Of a stretch of DNA of 64,000 nt, positions 35,573-48,142 are shown in pieces. Location of the stretch: NCBI RefSeq assembly GCF_004010195.1, contig NC_057720.1:9341164-9405163 (forward strand), written 5' to 3'. Source of the stretch: Chiloscyllium plagiosum (Eukaryota). Position numbers and translations under genes: made by a program. Below the pieces are notes generated by a model. It had not been told where the DNA came from, did not search any database, and worked only from the letters and a program-made list of their open reading frames with translations. The stretch's first letter is position 1, and each line of letters begins with the position of its first letter.

Positions 35573-37619
35573 AATCCACAACCATGTAAAATGCAGCCAA
35601 CAGCTAAGGGTCAACTTGGTCCTGAGAAAATGCCCATGATTCCACAGCCTCATTCTTGATGAAGGGTTTTGCCCCGAAACATCAACTCTCCTGCTTCTCA
35701 GATGCTGTGCTTTTCCAGCACCACACTCTCAACTCCACAGATCTTTACTCCGGAATTCTACAATCTCTGGAATGGGGATGAGCCATATTTCATAGATGGC
35801 CAACTATTAATAAAGTATTAATATCTTAAAAATAACTGCAGTTTGGCCCACATGATTGTAACTTAGAAACAGACGGCGGCCATTCAGCCCTTCAAGCCGA
35901 ACTCCACATACCCACCCTTAATATAGTTGGTTAATAAAATATTGCTTACCTCAGATTTAAAACTAACAACTAATTCTGCATCCACTGCTATTTGTGGAAG
36001 AGAGTCCAAGCATCTACCATCCTTTGTGTGTAGAAGTGCTTCCTAACATCTCTACTGAACAGTCTGGTTTTATTTCTCAGACTATACCCCCCAGTTCAAC
36101 CAATGTAAATAGTTTATTTTTATCTTTCCTTTCCTTTCCTATTAACATCTTGAGGACTTCAACCTTAACCTTATAAATCCTAGAGAAAACAGACCTAATT
36201 TATATAATCTCTCCTCTTAACTTAACTTGTTGTTTGTCTGAGAATGTTTATGGGGCACAATGCTATATGAGAGTGGGGAACACGATGCTGCAAACACTGA
36301 AGGGTTAATAATTTATTGGTTTGATATTAAGAGCCCCTGGGGTTAAGTTCCATTATCTTGATGTGTGGCAGTGCATAATGAGACGCACAGCATAATGAAA
36401 TCCAGTGCAGGCGATATTTTCAGCACTGACTTTATTACCTGGTTTAGCTTGCATAAGATTGCATGTGGGTTTTAAAAACAAATATGTAATGATTAATGCA
36501 GAATGACGCGTTTTAATGGATGGTGATGGCAATGTCAACAGCCCTGCCACTCCTAAAAATGATGCAAATATGAGTTAACATGAGTGATTCTGACTAAGCG
36601 AGAGCAAAACTGTCTACAGCAAGTCAGGTGTAATAAGGATCTTGGGCTGGAAGCCAAAGCTGGAAAGGTAGATTCACTGAGGTTGAGCCCCATGGCATAT
36701 CTATGGAGATGAGAGCTCTGTCAAGGTCCAGATAAGTGCCCACAAACCAGATTGTAAAGTGTATGGGGTGGTGTAAGAACGTAGTTTGGGTGTAGACAAT
36801 CAAGCACGATTCTGTGGAATAGTAGAGCAAACTTGAAGGGCTGAACAGCCTCAAACGTGCTGTTGACCCTGTCCAGAATTCAAAATGAACTAGCATGAGG
36901 AATCAGGGCTAGGAATGACCAACTGGCCTCTCCTGCTCCTATTCCTGCTGTCTTACATCATGTGATCTGCTCCTAGGGATTGGTTGAAGGATTAACATTT
37001 GCCAGGGAGAACTCCTCTTTGAAATAATGGCTGCAGGATCCTTGATGCCTACCTGAAAGGGCATCAATATAAGGTCTCATCCAAATGTCCTCCAAGATTT
37101 CCCAGTCCCCTGCTAAAAGTGTCAGCCTAGACTTTGGGGTCAAATCTCTGGAATATGATTCAAATCTTCAAAGTCAAAGGCAAGAGTGTACCCCACTGAG
37201 CCACAACCAGCAGCACAGACTGGGGATGTTTTCCTTAGAATGGAGGAGACTGGGGGGAGCATGAATGAGATGTATAAGATCATGAGGGGCATAGATAGGA
37301 AGCAATTTTCCCTTTTGGTGAAGGGATCATTGAGCAGGGGCTTGGACGTAAGGCAAGGGACTGAATGTTTAGAGGGGATGCGAGGAAAATCTTTATCACT
37401 CAGAAGGTGCTGGGAATCTGGAACTCACTGCCAGTAACGGTGGTGGAGGCAGAAACAGTCATAACATTGAAGAAGTATTTAGATATGCACTCGCGATACC
37501 AAGGCAAGCAATGTAATGGGCTAACAGCTGAGAAACAGGATTGGAATAATTAGGGAGTTGTTTCTGACCAGTGCAGATTCGATGGACCAAAGGACCTTTT
37601 TCTGTGCTGTAGACCTCCA

Positions 37620-37918
37620 GAGGACACAGCTTAAAAATACGGGGTAGACCATTTAGGACTGAGATGAGGAGAAACTTCTTCACCCAGAGAGTGGTGGCTG
37701 TGTGGAATGCTCTGCCCCAGAGGGCAGTGGAGGCCCAGTCTCTGGATTCATTTAAGAAAGAGTTGGATAGAGCTCTCAAGGATTGTGGAATCAAGGGTTA
37801 TGGAGATAAGGCAGGAACAGGATACTGATTAAGGATGATCAGCCATGATCATATTGAATGGTGGTGCAGGCTCGAAGGGCAGAATGGCCTACTGCACCTA
37901 TTGTCTATTGTCTATTGT
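37620..37918 (+). mobile_element. Young CR1 3' end inserted after an older CR1 3' end (37215-37615)
   Basis: AGAAACTTCTTCACCCAGAGAGTGGTGG..TGGAATGCTCTGCCC with a (CTATTGT)n tail. Confidence 0.85.
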
Positions 37919-38644
37919 CAATGCAATGGGTCTCCACATGACGGGCATGTGTGGAAATGGGCTGTTGAGGCAGACTGTAGAGCGAAAATGGAGGCACTGT
38001 TCGTGTGAGGGAGCAACTCACGAGCAAGCAGAGTGCCATACTGATGGTGTCCACTTACGAGCTGTGTTTCCTGCCACCACCTCCAACCTGTACCTGCAAA
38101 ATACATTTGAAAATGGCTGGGGCAACACCTAGTGCCCAAGGGAGAGTGGAGTCCATGTCAAATTGATGGGCACTGAATCCAGTGCAATGAACACTAGGAC
38201 CCTGAAGGGGGCAGTATCTGTGGAGCAAGAAGCACAGTTAAGGCTTTAAGAGTTAACACCTTCGATCCGATTTGACTATTTTGCTTCATTCTGCAGAGCT
38301 GCTTCCTTTCTCCAGCAATTTCTGATTTTGTTTCACAACATAATGTCAACAGTTTTGTCACTATGCATCCTGTTTAAATTAAAAATCACTGAGGAAATAA
38401 AATGGGAAGAATATAGAACAACTCTTTTTTTTTCAATATATAAACTAAGCCTGAGGAAAGTGTCAAACAAAGATTACCTTTTGAAATAAAATCCTATGTT
38501 TATTTAAAACATGTTTTTGTCTCCCTCTCCATTTGAATATTTTCTTCAGTGCATTAATAAGTCAAATGACTCACAAAATGAAACATACCTGAACAGGAAT
38601 TGTTTTGCAGTTAACAATCAGGATTAAGTCTAAAATTAATCTAT

Positions 38645-38970
38645 TTCTGGATTAGTGGTGCTGGAAGAGCACAGCAGTTCAGGCAGCATCCAAGGAGCTT
38701 TGAAATCGACGTTTCGGACAAAAGCCCTTCATCAGGAATAAAGGCAGGGAGCCTGGAGCGTGGAGAGATAAGCTAGAGGAGGGTGATGGTGGGGAGAAAG
38801 TAGCATAGAGTACAATGGGTGAGTGGGGGAGGGGATGAAGGTGATAGGTCAGGGAGGAGAGGGTGGAGTGGAAAGGTGGCATGACATGGTTGAAGAGCTT
38901 CAGGGCAGAGGAAATGACCTGGGAGTTGCAGTGGGAGAGGGACTCCCTGAGATTCTTGTAGAGAGAGGTC
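38645..38970 (-). mobile_element. Penelope-like 3' fragment with intact hammerhead motif (38704-38739)
   Basis: Close to 33140-33390. Reverse complement CTGATGA-A-GGGC-TTTT-GTCC-GAAAC-GTC. Confidence 0.88.
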
Positions 38971-39044
38971 TATACCCACCAGGAAAGAGGCCAATCAACT
39001 CTTCGTGTTTAACTTTTGAAAGACTGATTCCAGTAATCCCATTC

Positions 39045-39722
39045 CCCTACCAAAGTTTAAACACACGTACCAACAGATTCAAGAACATAACTTTCTTCCC
39101 CGCTGTTATTAGATTGAATGGACCTCTCAAATTTTAAATTTAATTATTGATTTCACTCTCTGTGCACCTTCTCTGCAGCTGGAATATTGTATCCCTCGCT
39201 CTATCCTATTTACCTTAATACACTTTGTATAGTATGATCTGCCTGTAATAGATAGGTTCATAGAGTCATAGAGCTGTACAGCACGGAAACAAACCCTTCG
39301 GTCCAACTTGTCCATTCCGACCAGAAATCCTCAACTAATATAATCCCATTTGCCAGCACTTAGCCCATCTCCCTGTAAACCTTTCCTATTCATATACCCA
39401 TCTGGATGCTTTTTAAAACATTGTAATTGTACCAGTCTCCACTATTTCATCTGGCAGCTCATTCCATACATGCGCTACCCTCTGTGTGAAAGAATTGCCC
39501 CTTAGGTTCCTTTTAAATCTTACCTCTCTCACCTTAAAACTATGTACTCTAGTTCTGGACTCCCCCATCCCAGGAAAAAGATCTTGTCTATTTACCCTAT
39601 CTATGCCCCTCATGATTTTATAAGCCTCTATAAGACCATTCCTCAGCCTACAATGTGCAAAAGCAAACTTTTTTTTTACTGTACTTATGTACATGTGACA
39701 ATAATAAATAAAATCAAATCAT
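39045..39722 (+). mobile_element. Rex1-like 3' end split by a minus-strand CR1 3' end (~39258-39650)
   Basis: YQSLNTRTNRFKNITFFPAVIRLNG, with the tail resuming ..ACATGTGACAATAATAAATAAAATCAAATC. CR1 ORF at 39413-39694. Confidence 0.75.
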
Positions 39723-41292
39723 TATTTCATGGCCCTGCAAGCATTTCTGCTTAAAGATTTTTCTAATTTCCTTTTGAACAATATTATGGAATCTGTTCCC
39801 AGCCCAATAGCGCTGCAATGGAGTCCGTGAATCATATATCTATTGGTTGAGGGTGAAGTGCACCCCTTTGTGAGTTACCTGAAAAACCTTTTGCTGTGCT
39901 TTCGCTTGCACGTCAGTGGCAGGTTACTGATGTTTGGACGTTGGGTGCGCAAGGGTCAAAGGACCTCTTCCTGGCTCCGCTCCTGGCCTGCCAAATTGGC
40001 AATGAACAGGTACAGATAGCAGGCAGCGGAAGGAATTATTGTTGCAAACTGTCTGTCCCTTCTCCATGGCTATGTTTGTGCCCAGGTGCTCTCGGAAAGA
40101 GTGCATGCAATGTCTCTTGATGCCTTCAGAGAGAGAGGGGTAGACACCATAGGGAGGCTTTATCTCATCCCATTCACCCCTCCCTCTCTCCCTTACCCTT
40201 TGATTCTGCAATGGCCTTAATGGGCTAGGTATATAAATTGATTAACTGGAAAACATCGGTGATTTACAGATGAAATAAATGCAAAGTATCACAGCTAATT
40301 TTGAGATGGGGAGGATAAAGGCTCAGTTGTATGTAAGAGCACTTCTGGATGTAAAAACATAAAATGACGGAATGTGTCTGCACCAGTGTTTCAGTCAGTA
40401 CGTTCTCAATTGTTGCAACTCATTGTGTAGACAAACAAATAATATTTCTCATTTCACCTCTAGTGCTTTTTCCAATTACCTCAAATGAGTGAACTAATTC
40501 TGGTTAAATGTGGGAAATCATTGAAGGAGAAACCATATTTCAGTCAAAGAAACAATTTCTAGTCATACAATCTGATGGCAAATGCTCATTTTTGTTTAAA
40601 AATAAGAAAACAAAGCAATTAAAATATAGAGTAATTCTTAGAGCAAACATTTTAATAAATAAATGACTAATGATTTACTCTAAAAATATTCTGTACCTGT
40701 GACAAGAGTCAAATGAGTGATTAGATGCAGGCTGCATATGCATGTGACCGAAACGTATTCTTCAGGCAATGCTTTCTGCTGTTCAGCAATGTCAAAATTT
40801 CCGTACAATATATTTTACATTGTCACATGCTGCTCTATCTAATTCCTGATACAAGAGCTGCCCTCCAGCTACTCTGCTACCTTCCGTCAGTAAATGATTA
40901 AAATGGAAAGATTCAGAGATATTGTAATATAAGTTGTAAGCGTCAAGGTCGTTAACTCTTTGACAACTGTAGCAGGATACTTTCTCTTGTATCTGACAGG
41001 ATTTTAAGCAGTGAGCACAGTACTCTGAGAAATTCAATGCCTTCCAGGCAAAGATGCAATCTCATAGCTTCATAACAACATGACAAATAATTGTGAGTCT
41101 TATGGCCATACTACTGTGCACCATTCTGCTTTCTGTGTTGTGAAGAGGGAACACCAGCAGAGGTGAAGATCAAAACAGAAAGAAATTTGCAAACTACAAG
41201 AACTGAAATTATATATATTAGGCATAACCCTTTCTCATGAAACAAGCACGCTTGCTCTCCCATAAATCTCGCAAAATGTCACCCTCATTTAA

Positions 41293-41572
41293 GGTGGCAC
41301 GGCGGCTCAGTGGTTTGCACTGATACCTCCCAGCATCAGGGTCCTAGGTTCGATTCCAACCTCAGGCGACTGTGTGTATGTGGAGTTTGCACCTTCTCCC
41401 TGTGTCTGCATGGGTTTCCTCCCGTAGGTCATGTGAATTGGCCATGCTAAATTGCCCATAGTGTTAGGTGCATTAGTCAGTGGGAAATGGATCTGGGTGG
41501 GTTACTCTCCAGAGGGTTGGTGTGGCCTGGTTGGGCTGAAGGGTCTGTTTCCACACTGTAGGGAATCTAATC
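41293..41572 (+). mobile_element. HE1-type V-SINE
   Basis: GGTGGCACGGCGGCTCAGTGG head, V core, TAATC tail. Confidence 0.85.
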
Positions 41573-42804
41573 TCCTTTCACCTTCAAAATGCATGAGTAT
41601 TTGTCTCCTCCCAAATCTTTACAGAATTCGATGTTTGAGACCCTTCAATCAATGTCCAGGCTTGCAACTGCACTGACAAAGTTTCACATGATATCCTTAG
41701 TGATGGTGTCAGAGGTAAACTATCCCCTCATCTATCTTGACCTGTGTGTAGCCTTTCACAAAGGTCTCCCACGGCAACTTTATTCAATGCCTCCACATTG
41801 TCTTTGAGCTGGATGGGACCTTACTCACCAAGTGAGTTCTTATCTCTCTAATCATAGCCAGAATAATGCCTCAAAGGCTCCTCTTCTTCTTGCAATACTA
41901 TTACCTCATGACCCCCTGTCTTTGACAGCCCCAATTTCTCATTAATATGCTGCGGTTCAGTAACATCATTGCAAAACAACAGTGTTAGCTTTAACACATT
42001 GTGACAATACTCATTACCTCCTCTCTTATTTCTCAATTCCTCCAACATCATTGTACAAACAGAAACTTCCTCTAGTTGGGAAGATTGAACAACATTGTCT
42101 CCAGTCCAAGCTACAAACTCCCATCTCCAGCTACTGATCCCATCTCCGAGGTAATGCCTTGTTATTACTCATGGAATGTGGGTATCATCACTGAAACCAA
42201 CATTTATTGCCCATCCTCAATTGCCCAGAAAGCAGATAAGAGTCTTGCTGTGGATATGGAGTCACAGGTAGACCAGGGGATAAGGACGGCAGATTTCCTT
42301 CCTGAAAGGACTTTAGTGAACTAGATGTTTTTTAATAATAATTGACAAGGATTTACATGATCATTCCAGATTTTTTACTGAATTCAAATTTCTGCCATGG
42401 TGGGGTTCAAACCCAAGGTTGAAAAATGTGTTGCTGGAAAAGCACAGCAGGTCAGGCAGCATCCAAGGAGCAGGAGAATTGACGTTTCAGGCATGAGCCC
42501 TTCTTCAGGAACTCAAGGTCCCCACAGCATTAGCCAGGGTTTCTGAATTTTTACTCCAGTGACCTTGCCACTATACTAAGGCCTCTCCATTTGTGAGTAA
42601 GTCAGATACTTTGCACCTGTGTATCACAACTGGTCATGCAGCATCCTAGGAACAGGAGAGTTACTGCCTGACTTGCTGTGCTTTTCCAGCACCACACTCT
42701 TCGACTCTGAATTCCAGCATCTGCAGTCCTCACTTTCTCCTAACTGAGCATCACAGTTGAGCTTGAAGGGATCTTTGAGCGTCATTTCCACCTTCATACC
42801 TGGT

Positions 42805-43320
42805 TAGACTACATTTGGAATATTGTGTTCAGTTCTAGTCACCTCATTATAGGAAGGATGTGGAAGCTTGAGAGAGGGTGCAGTGGAGATTTACCTGGAA
42901 CGGAGGGCATGTCTTATGAAGAAAGTTTGACAGAGCTAAGGTTTTTCTCATTTGAACGAAGAAGGGTGAGAGGCGACTTGTTAGAGGTGTACAAGATGAT
43001 GAGAGGCATAGACAGAGTGGATAGTCAGAAACTTTTTCCCAGGGCAGAAACAGCTGTCATGAGGGGGCATAATTTTAAGGTAATTGGAGGAAGATTTAGG
43101 GAAGATGTTCTTTACACAGAGAGTGGTGGGTGCGTGGAATGTACTGTCAGCAGTGGTCGTAGAGTCAGAGACATTAGGGACATTTAAGTGACTCTTGGAT
43201 GGGCACATGGATAACAGTAAAATGTAAAGTTTGTTTGATCTTAGAGTAGGATAAAAGGTTGGCACAATGAAAAGAGCCAAAGGGCCTGTACTGTGCTGTA
43301 CTGTTCTATGTTCAATGTTC
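42805..43320 (+). mobile_element. CR1 LINE 3' end
   Basis: SYEESLTELRFFSFERRRVRGDLLEVYKMMRGIDRV. Confidence 0.88.
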
Positions 43321-43619
43321 TAACAGCGATGTCACACTGGCCAAGAGGATTACTCTGGACTCAACTATTCCAACATGATCCTGTCTATCTTCCCATATTC
43401 TAGTCTCTTTGGACTAAAGATTACCGAAAACTGTTGCTATGTCCTTTCTTGCACACTGTTCTGTTCACCATCTCTCACTGGCCTAAATTGATTACAGGTC
43501 AGGAAATGCAAGAATTATAAAACTCCCATTTGTGTGTTGACATCGCTCCGTGGTCTGAGCCCTCAGTTTCTCTCAAATCTCCTTCAGCTTTTATGATCAT
43601 CATTGGGACTCGTTCCATC

Positions 43620-43875
43620 TCTGTAACCCTGCATTTCCCATGGCTACTCCACTCAGCCAGCACATCCCTACTCAATATGACAATTTAGCATAGCCAATCC
43701 ACCCCAACCTGTACGTCTTTGGACTGTGGGAGGAAAGCAGAGTACCCAGAGGAAACGCAGACAGACACAGGCAGAATGTGCAAACTCCATACAGAGTGTC
43801 ACCCGAGGCTGGGATTGAGCCCAGGTACTTGGCGTTGGGAGACAGCAGTGCTAACCACTGAGTCACTGTGTTGTC
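43620..43875 (-). mobile_element. HE1-type V-SINE
   Basis: Reverse-complement head CACAGTGACTCAGTGGTTAGCACTGCTG, plus V core. Confidence 0.82.
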
Positions 43876-43987
43876 CCTGTCGCTGAAAGTAAGCATGAAT
43901 GTACAGCAGGCAGTAAAGGAAGAAAACCATCTATATCCACATAATGTCCAACATTATATGTAATTTGCTGGATAGTCCTGAGTGTGT

Positions 43988-44615
43988 AGTGATGATGCTG
44001 CTCCTTTCACAAGGTTATGTTGCCCTTGGTTTTTGTCAAAAGTGTTGAATGAGGCAGAGTTTCCAAAATGTCTAGTTTGATCTACTTGAAGAAGCTTTTA
44101 AGTTTTAAACAAAACCCTTTTACAGTGAAAGGGGCATGACCAGTTCTCCCAGCTCAGCTTTTCTCTGGTTTGGGTTTTAGTAGTCTCGCAGTTCAGAGCA
44201 AGCAGTCAGTTTTTTGAGGCTGCTGGCCAAAGAAACAGCTACATGGAAGATGGTGTTCCATGCCATCTCTCTCTCTCTCCCTGACATCTCTCCTGTATGG
44301 CCCTGCATTTGATTTTACCTTTTATGCCAAAGAGTATTTATGAGGATTGTTGCAGGAATTTGGAACAGCATCATTAAGTTGAGATAATCTGTTGGGTTTT
44401 CGGATAGGTTAAATTATTCTATATTCTGCTCTCATTTGTTTATGTTTCATTCGGTAATCTTGTAAATAAATTCTGTTCAGTTTAAAACTAAGTTGTTGAA
44501 CCAGCAGCATCTCTCCTGGAATATCCACCTTACACCTGCTTAAAAGAACGAGCAAAGTTAGGGTCTGGGTTACTTTCTTAAAATGTTTTGAGGGGGTTTG
44601 GCCTGGTCCAAAAGA
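43988..44615 (+). mobile_element. Solo LTR with 4-bp TSD (GTGT)
   Basis: Homologous to the reverse complement of 2856-3470. AATAAA at ~44465. GTGT on both flanks, with mutated terminal dinucleotides. Confidence 0.8.
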
Positions 44616-45599
44616 GTGTGAAGAATTTCACTGACAATTTGGGACTATTTGTTCAGTTCGCGTTGTTGTGCACTTGTGTTGTACTGGTAGCTACACATTT
44701 TAATACACAGAGCCCTCATCCTTGCAGACAGAAAATACATATACATTTACTGCAATGGTTTCAACTCCACAAAGCTGGTTCATTTTTCAGGGCAGTGCCT
44801 TGGCCAGTTAGAATCATTTTATTCATGCTACTGGGCTTGCAGAGAGCTGAAGCCTACTACAGATCATCACTTGGGTCTTCCTTCTCTGTCTATTTGTTTT
44901 CATATCTCCATGAAGTTTATTTCTCATTATGGCTAACGGTGGGAAGTTTTGGAAGAAGCAATAGGCTGATTACCAACCTTTTTGAGTCATATCATGAACA
45001 CTTCTTTCTTGGTCAACAAATATGGGACTGGGACTTGAACCAGGAGATTCTAGCTCAGAGACAAGGACTTGACCTAATGAACTCCAAGATTTCTCCAACT
45101 GGGAGAAAGTGAGCACTGCAGATGCTGGAGCTCAGAGTCGAGAGTATGTTGCTGGAAAAACGCAGCAAGACAGACAGCATCCAAGGAGCAGGAGAATCAG
45201 CATTTTGGGTATAAGCCCTCGATTGGGAATCTGATGAAGGGCTGATGCCCGAAATGTTGATTCTCCTGCTCCTCAGAAGCAGCCTGTGCTTTTCCTTTCC
45301 CCAACTAGGTCCATGTTAGTCTCAAATTGTTGGTGCCGTGGTGTAACTCTGAGTGGGATTATATCTGCTGCTGTTCCCTGTAAGTGGTTTAGAGAAAGGA
45401 TTGTTGGAGATATTTTGTTGCTACCAATCCTCCTTTGTCTACTGTTTCAACCGGAGCGTAAAACTGCCTTTACTCATTTAACTGAATGTAAAACTCCCTC
45501 AATGCCGCCCCAATCAAACTCTCCCAGGATTGGTTCAGTATGGGGTTAGATACAAATTAAAGCTCCCTCAACGAGGTCCCTATCAAACACTTGCAGGAC

Positions 45600-45880
45600 A
45601 GGGTTTGCGTAAAGATTTGTAGCTTGGCTGTCGGTTGCCGCGGTTGTGGGTATGTTCGACGAGCCGGCAAGTTGGTTTGCAGACGTTTTGTCCCCTGTCT
45701 AGGTGACATCCTGAGTGCTGTGGAGCCTCCTGTGAGGTGCTGCTGTACTGTGTCGGTTGGAATTTATTTGGTTACATTCCCGCTGTTTCTGGTTACTGGC
45801 TCCAGTTGTCTGTTGCAGTGGTCGGTATATTGGATCTAGGTCAATGTGTTCATTAATGGAGTCCGTGGACGTTCTCTGGC
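45600..45880 (-). mobile_element. Second PLE family (Poseidon-like) 3' end with degenerate hammerhead
   Basis: Peptide STDSINEHIDLDPIYRPLQ. Reverse complement of 45678-45718 is GCA-CTCAGGA-T-GTCACCT-AGAC-AGGGGAC-AAAAC-GTC-TGC. Confidence 0.7.
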
Positions 45881-47186
45881 TTGTGGGTTGTTGATTCATG
45901 GGCTGTGTCTGACACAGGGTATTTGATTCCTTCGGCATCCATGTAGGAATCAGAATTGTTTGTCGGTAGTGCTTAGGCGGTTGGCCCAGGATTCCCATTT
46001 CCTTGCTTATCTTAGCCTGTAGGTGTTCCAGATACAACATGGGGTTAGATACAAATTAAAGCTTCCTCAACTCTTTTCAACAGAAAGTAAAGTTTCCTCT
46101 ACTCATAAAACTAAGAGGAAATGGAAAATAAAGTTCCTTTGACACCATCCTCATTAAACATGTCCAGTACAGGAACAGCATGGATTGACAAATATAGAGT
46201 AAAACTCCCTCCACTCTTTGAACTAAAAGTAAACTGAAAATAACAATCCCTCAACACTGTCCCTACAGGACAGTGACCTTCCTTTGTCTATAGAGTGCCA
46301 TGGTGAGGGGTAGTGGATCCACCATCATCGAATCTTCACAGAAGAGGCACTGCTCTTAGTTAACATTATAGTCTAGTACTGTAATGATTGTCTCTTTCAC
46401 CAGTACCAGACCAAGCCAGAGAGACAATCACTACAGTACATGATCGCAATAAATACAGTTCCATTAATAGTCAGGCATAACTAATTGGATACTCAGGGGT
46501 TGTAGAGAATACATCTGCTCCTTGCAAAGGCTAGTGTAGAACTCATTGTCTCTGTGTGTGACTTCAGCAGAGTGAGTGGAGCTCAATATAACATGATTGT
46601 TAACTCCCACAGAACTGTTAGCTACTGCAGCAACACCACCTTCCTGGTGAACTGGGGACAGCACTTGAGGTTTTCCGACTAACACTGGCTCATTGCCATA
46701 GAGAAGTCTCCAACATGGAGGATCTATTTGGTTTGGTTGTCCTTTTCATACACAATGCTTAGGTGTGTACTATGAGAAAGTCTATACCCCAACGAGTATT
46801 TGCATTAAAATAAAAGCAGAAAATGTCAGAAACAGCCTCGGCTAAATTTGTGAGGATAGAAGAAAATAATTAACATTCTAGCTGTGTAAATTATTTGAAT
46901 AGAATATGCTAACTTCAAACTAAATGAATCACTAACTTTATCAAATCCCATTGCAGCTGCTGCTGTGCCCATCAGCCACAGAATGTTTGGTACAATAGTA
47001 CAGAACTTAAATGTTGCCAAAGGAGACTAAAAATCAAAGCTATTCATCAGAACAAAGACAGAAGAAACTGACTTCTAAAAAGAGACACCATTTTACAAAA
47101 GCATTCTGTTTAAAATAGTGACTCTGTTTCCAAATCCCTTTCTTGTATCCTAGCTCTAATACTAAGATGATGACTTCAATTTTTAG

Positions 47187-47364
47187 AGTGGTGCTGGAAA
47201 AGCACAGCAGGTCAGGCAGCATCCGAGGAGCAGGATTCCTGATGAATGGCTTTTGCCCGAAACATCAATTTTCCTGCTCCTTGGTTGCTGACCTGCTGTG
47301 CTTTTCCAGCACCATTCTAATCTAGACTCTGAGTTCCAGCATCTGCAGTCCTCACTTCTGCCTA
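47187..47364. mobile_element. Palindromic PLE-terminus element with 14-bp TSD
   Basis: ACTTCAATTTTTAG at 47173-47186 and 47365-47378. Confidence 0.9.
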
Positions 47365-47767
47365 ACTTCAATTTTTAGTCTTGTGACAATGCTGTGATTT
47401 TAAGAAATGTGTTTTGTCCAGTTTCTTTTAAAGAGAGCTTGGCAGATAGGCGCTGGGCAATCTATGAGAAGATAAACAACTTGTGAAGCCTTGGATTTTT
47501 AAAAAAAGTTTGAACAATAGAAGCAGCCTGAAGGGGTGTGGTTGAACTCCCACAGAACGTTCCTTCTTTCTTTTGTTGTATTTTAAATATAGTTGGTGAA
47601 TAAAGTGTGCTTTGCTTTAAATTAACATAGACATAGAAGAATACAGCGCAGTACAGGCCCTTGGGCCGTCGATGTTGCGCCGATCCAAGCCCACCTAAAC
47701 TACACTAACCCACTATCCTCCATATACCTATCCAATGCCCTCTTAAATGCCCATAAAGAGGGAGAGT

Positions 47768-47992
47768 CCACCACTGTTACTGGCAGGGCATTCCACCACT
47801 GTTACTGGCAGGGCATTCCACCACTGTTACTGGCAGGGCATTCCACCACTGTTACTGGCAGGGCATTCCACCACTGTTACTGGCAGGGCATTCCACCACT
47901 GTTACTGGCAGGGCATTCCACCACTGTTACTGGCAGGGCATTCCACCACTGTTACTGGCAGGGCATTCCACCACTGTTACTGGCAGGGCATT
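47768..47992. repeat. 9 perfect tandem copies of 25 bp CCACCACTGTTACTGGCAGGGCATT
   Basis: Direct count; the translation repeats every 25 aa. Confidence 0.95.
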
Positions 47993-48142
47993 CCATGAAC
48001 TAACGACTCGCTGAGTGAAGAACCTACCCCTAACATCAGTCCTATATCTACCCCCCCTTAATTTAAAGCTAGCCCACTATCCTCCATATGCCTATCCAAT
48101 GCCCTCTTAAATGCCCATAAAGAGGGAGAGTCCACCACTGCT

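Noticed and set aside
44588..45112. 174-aa ORF
   Set aside because: Starts inside an LTR end, finishes in repeat sequence, and has no recognisable motif.
47768..47992. CRISPR-like repeats
   Set aside because: Head-to-tail repeats with no spacers, derived from CR1 sequence, in a vertebrate context with no cas genes.
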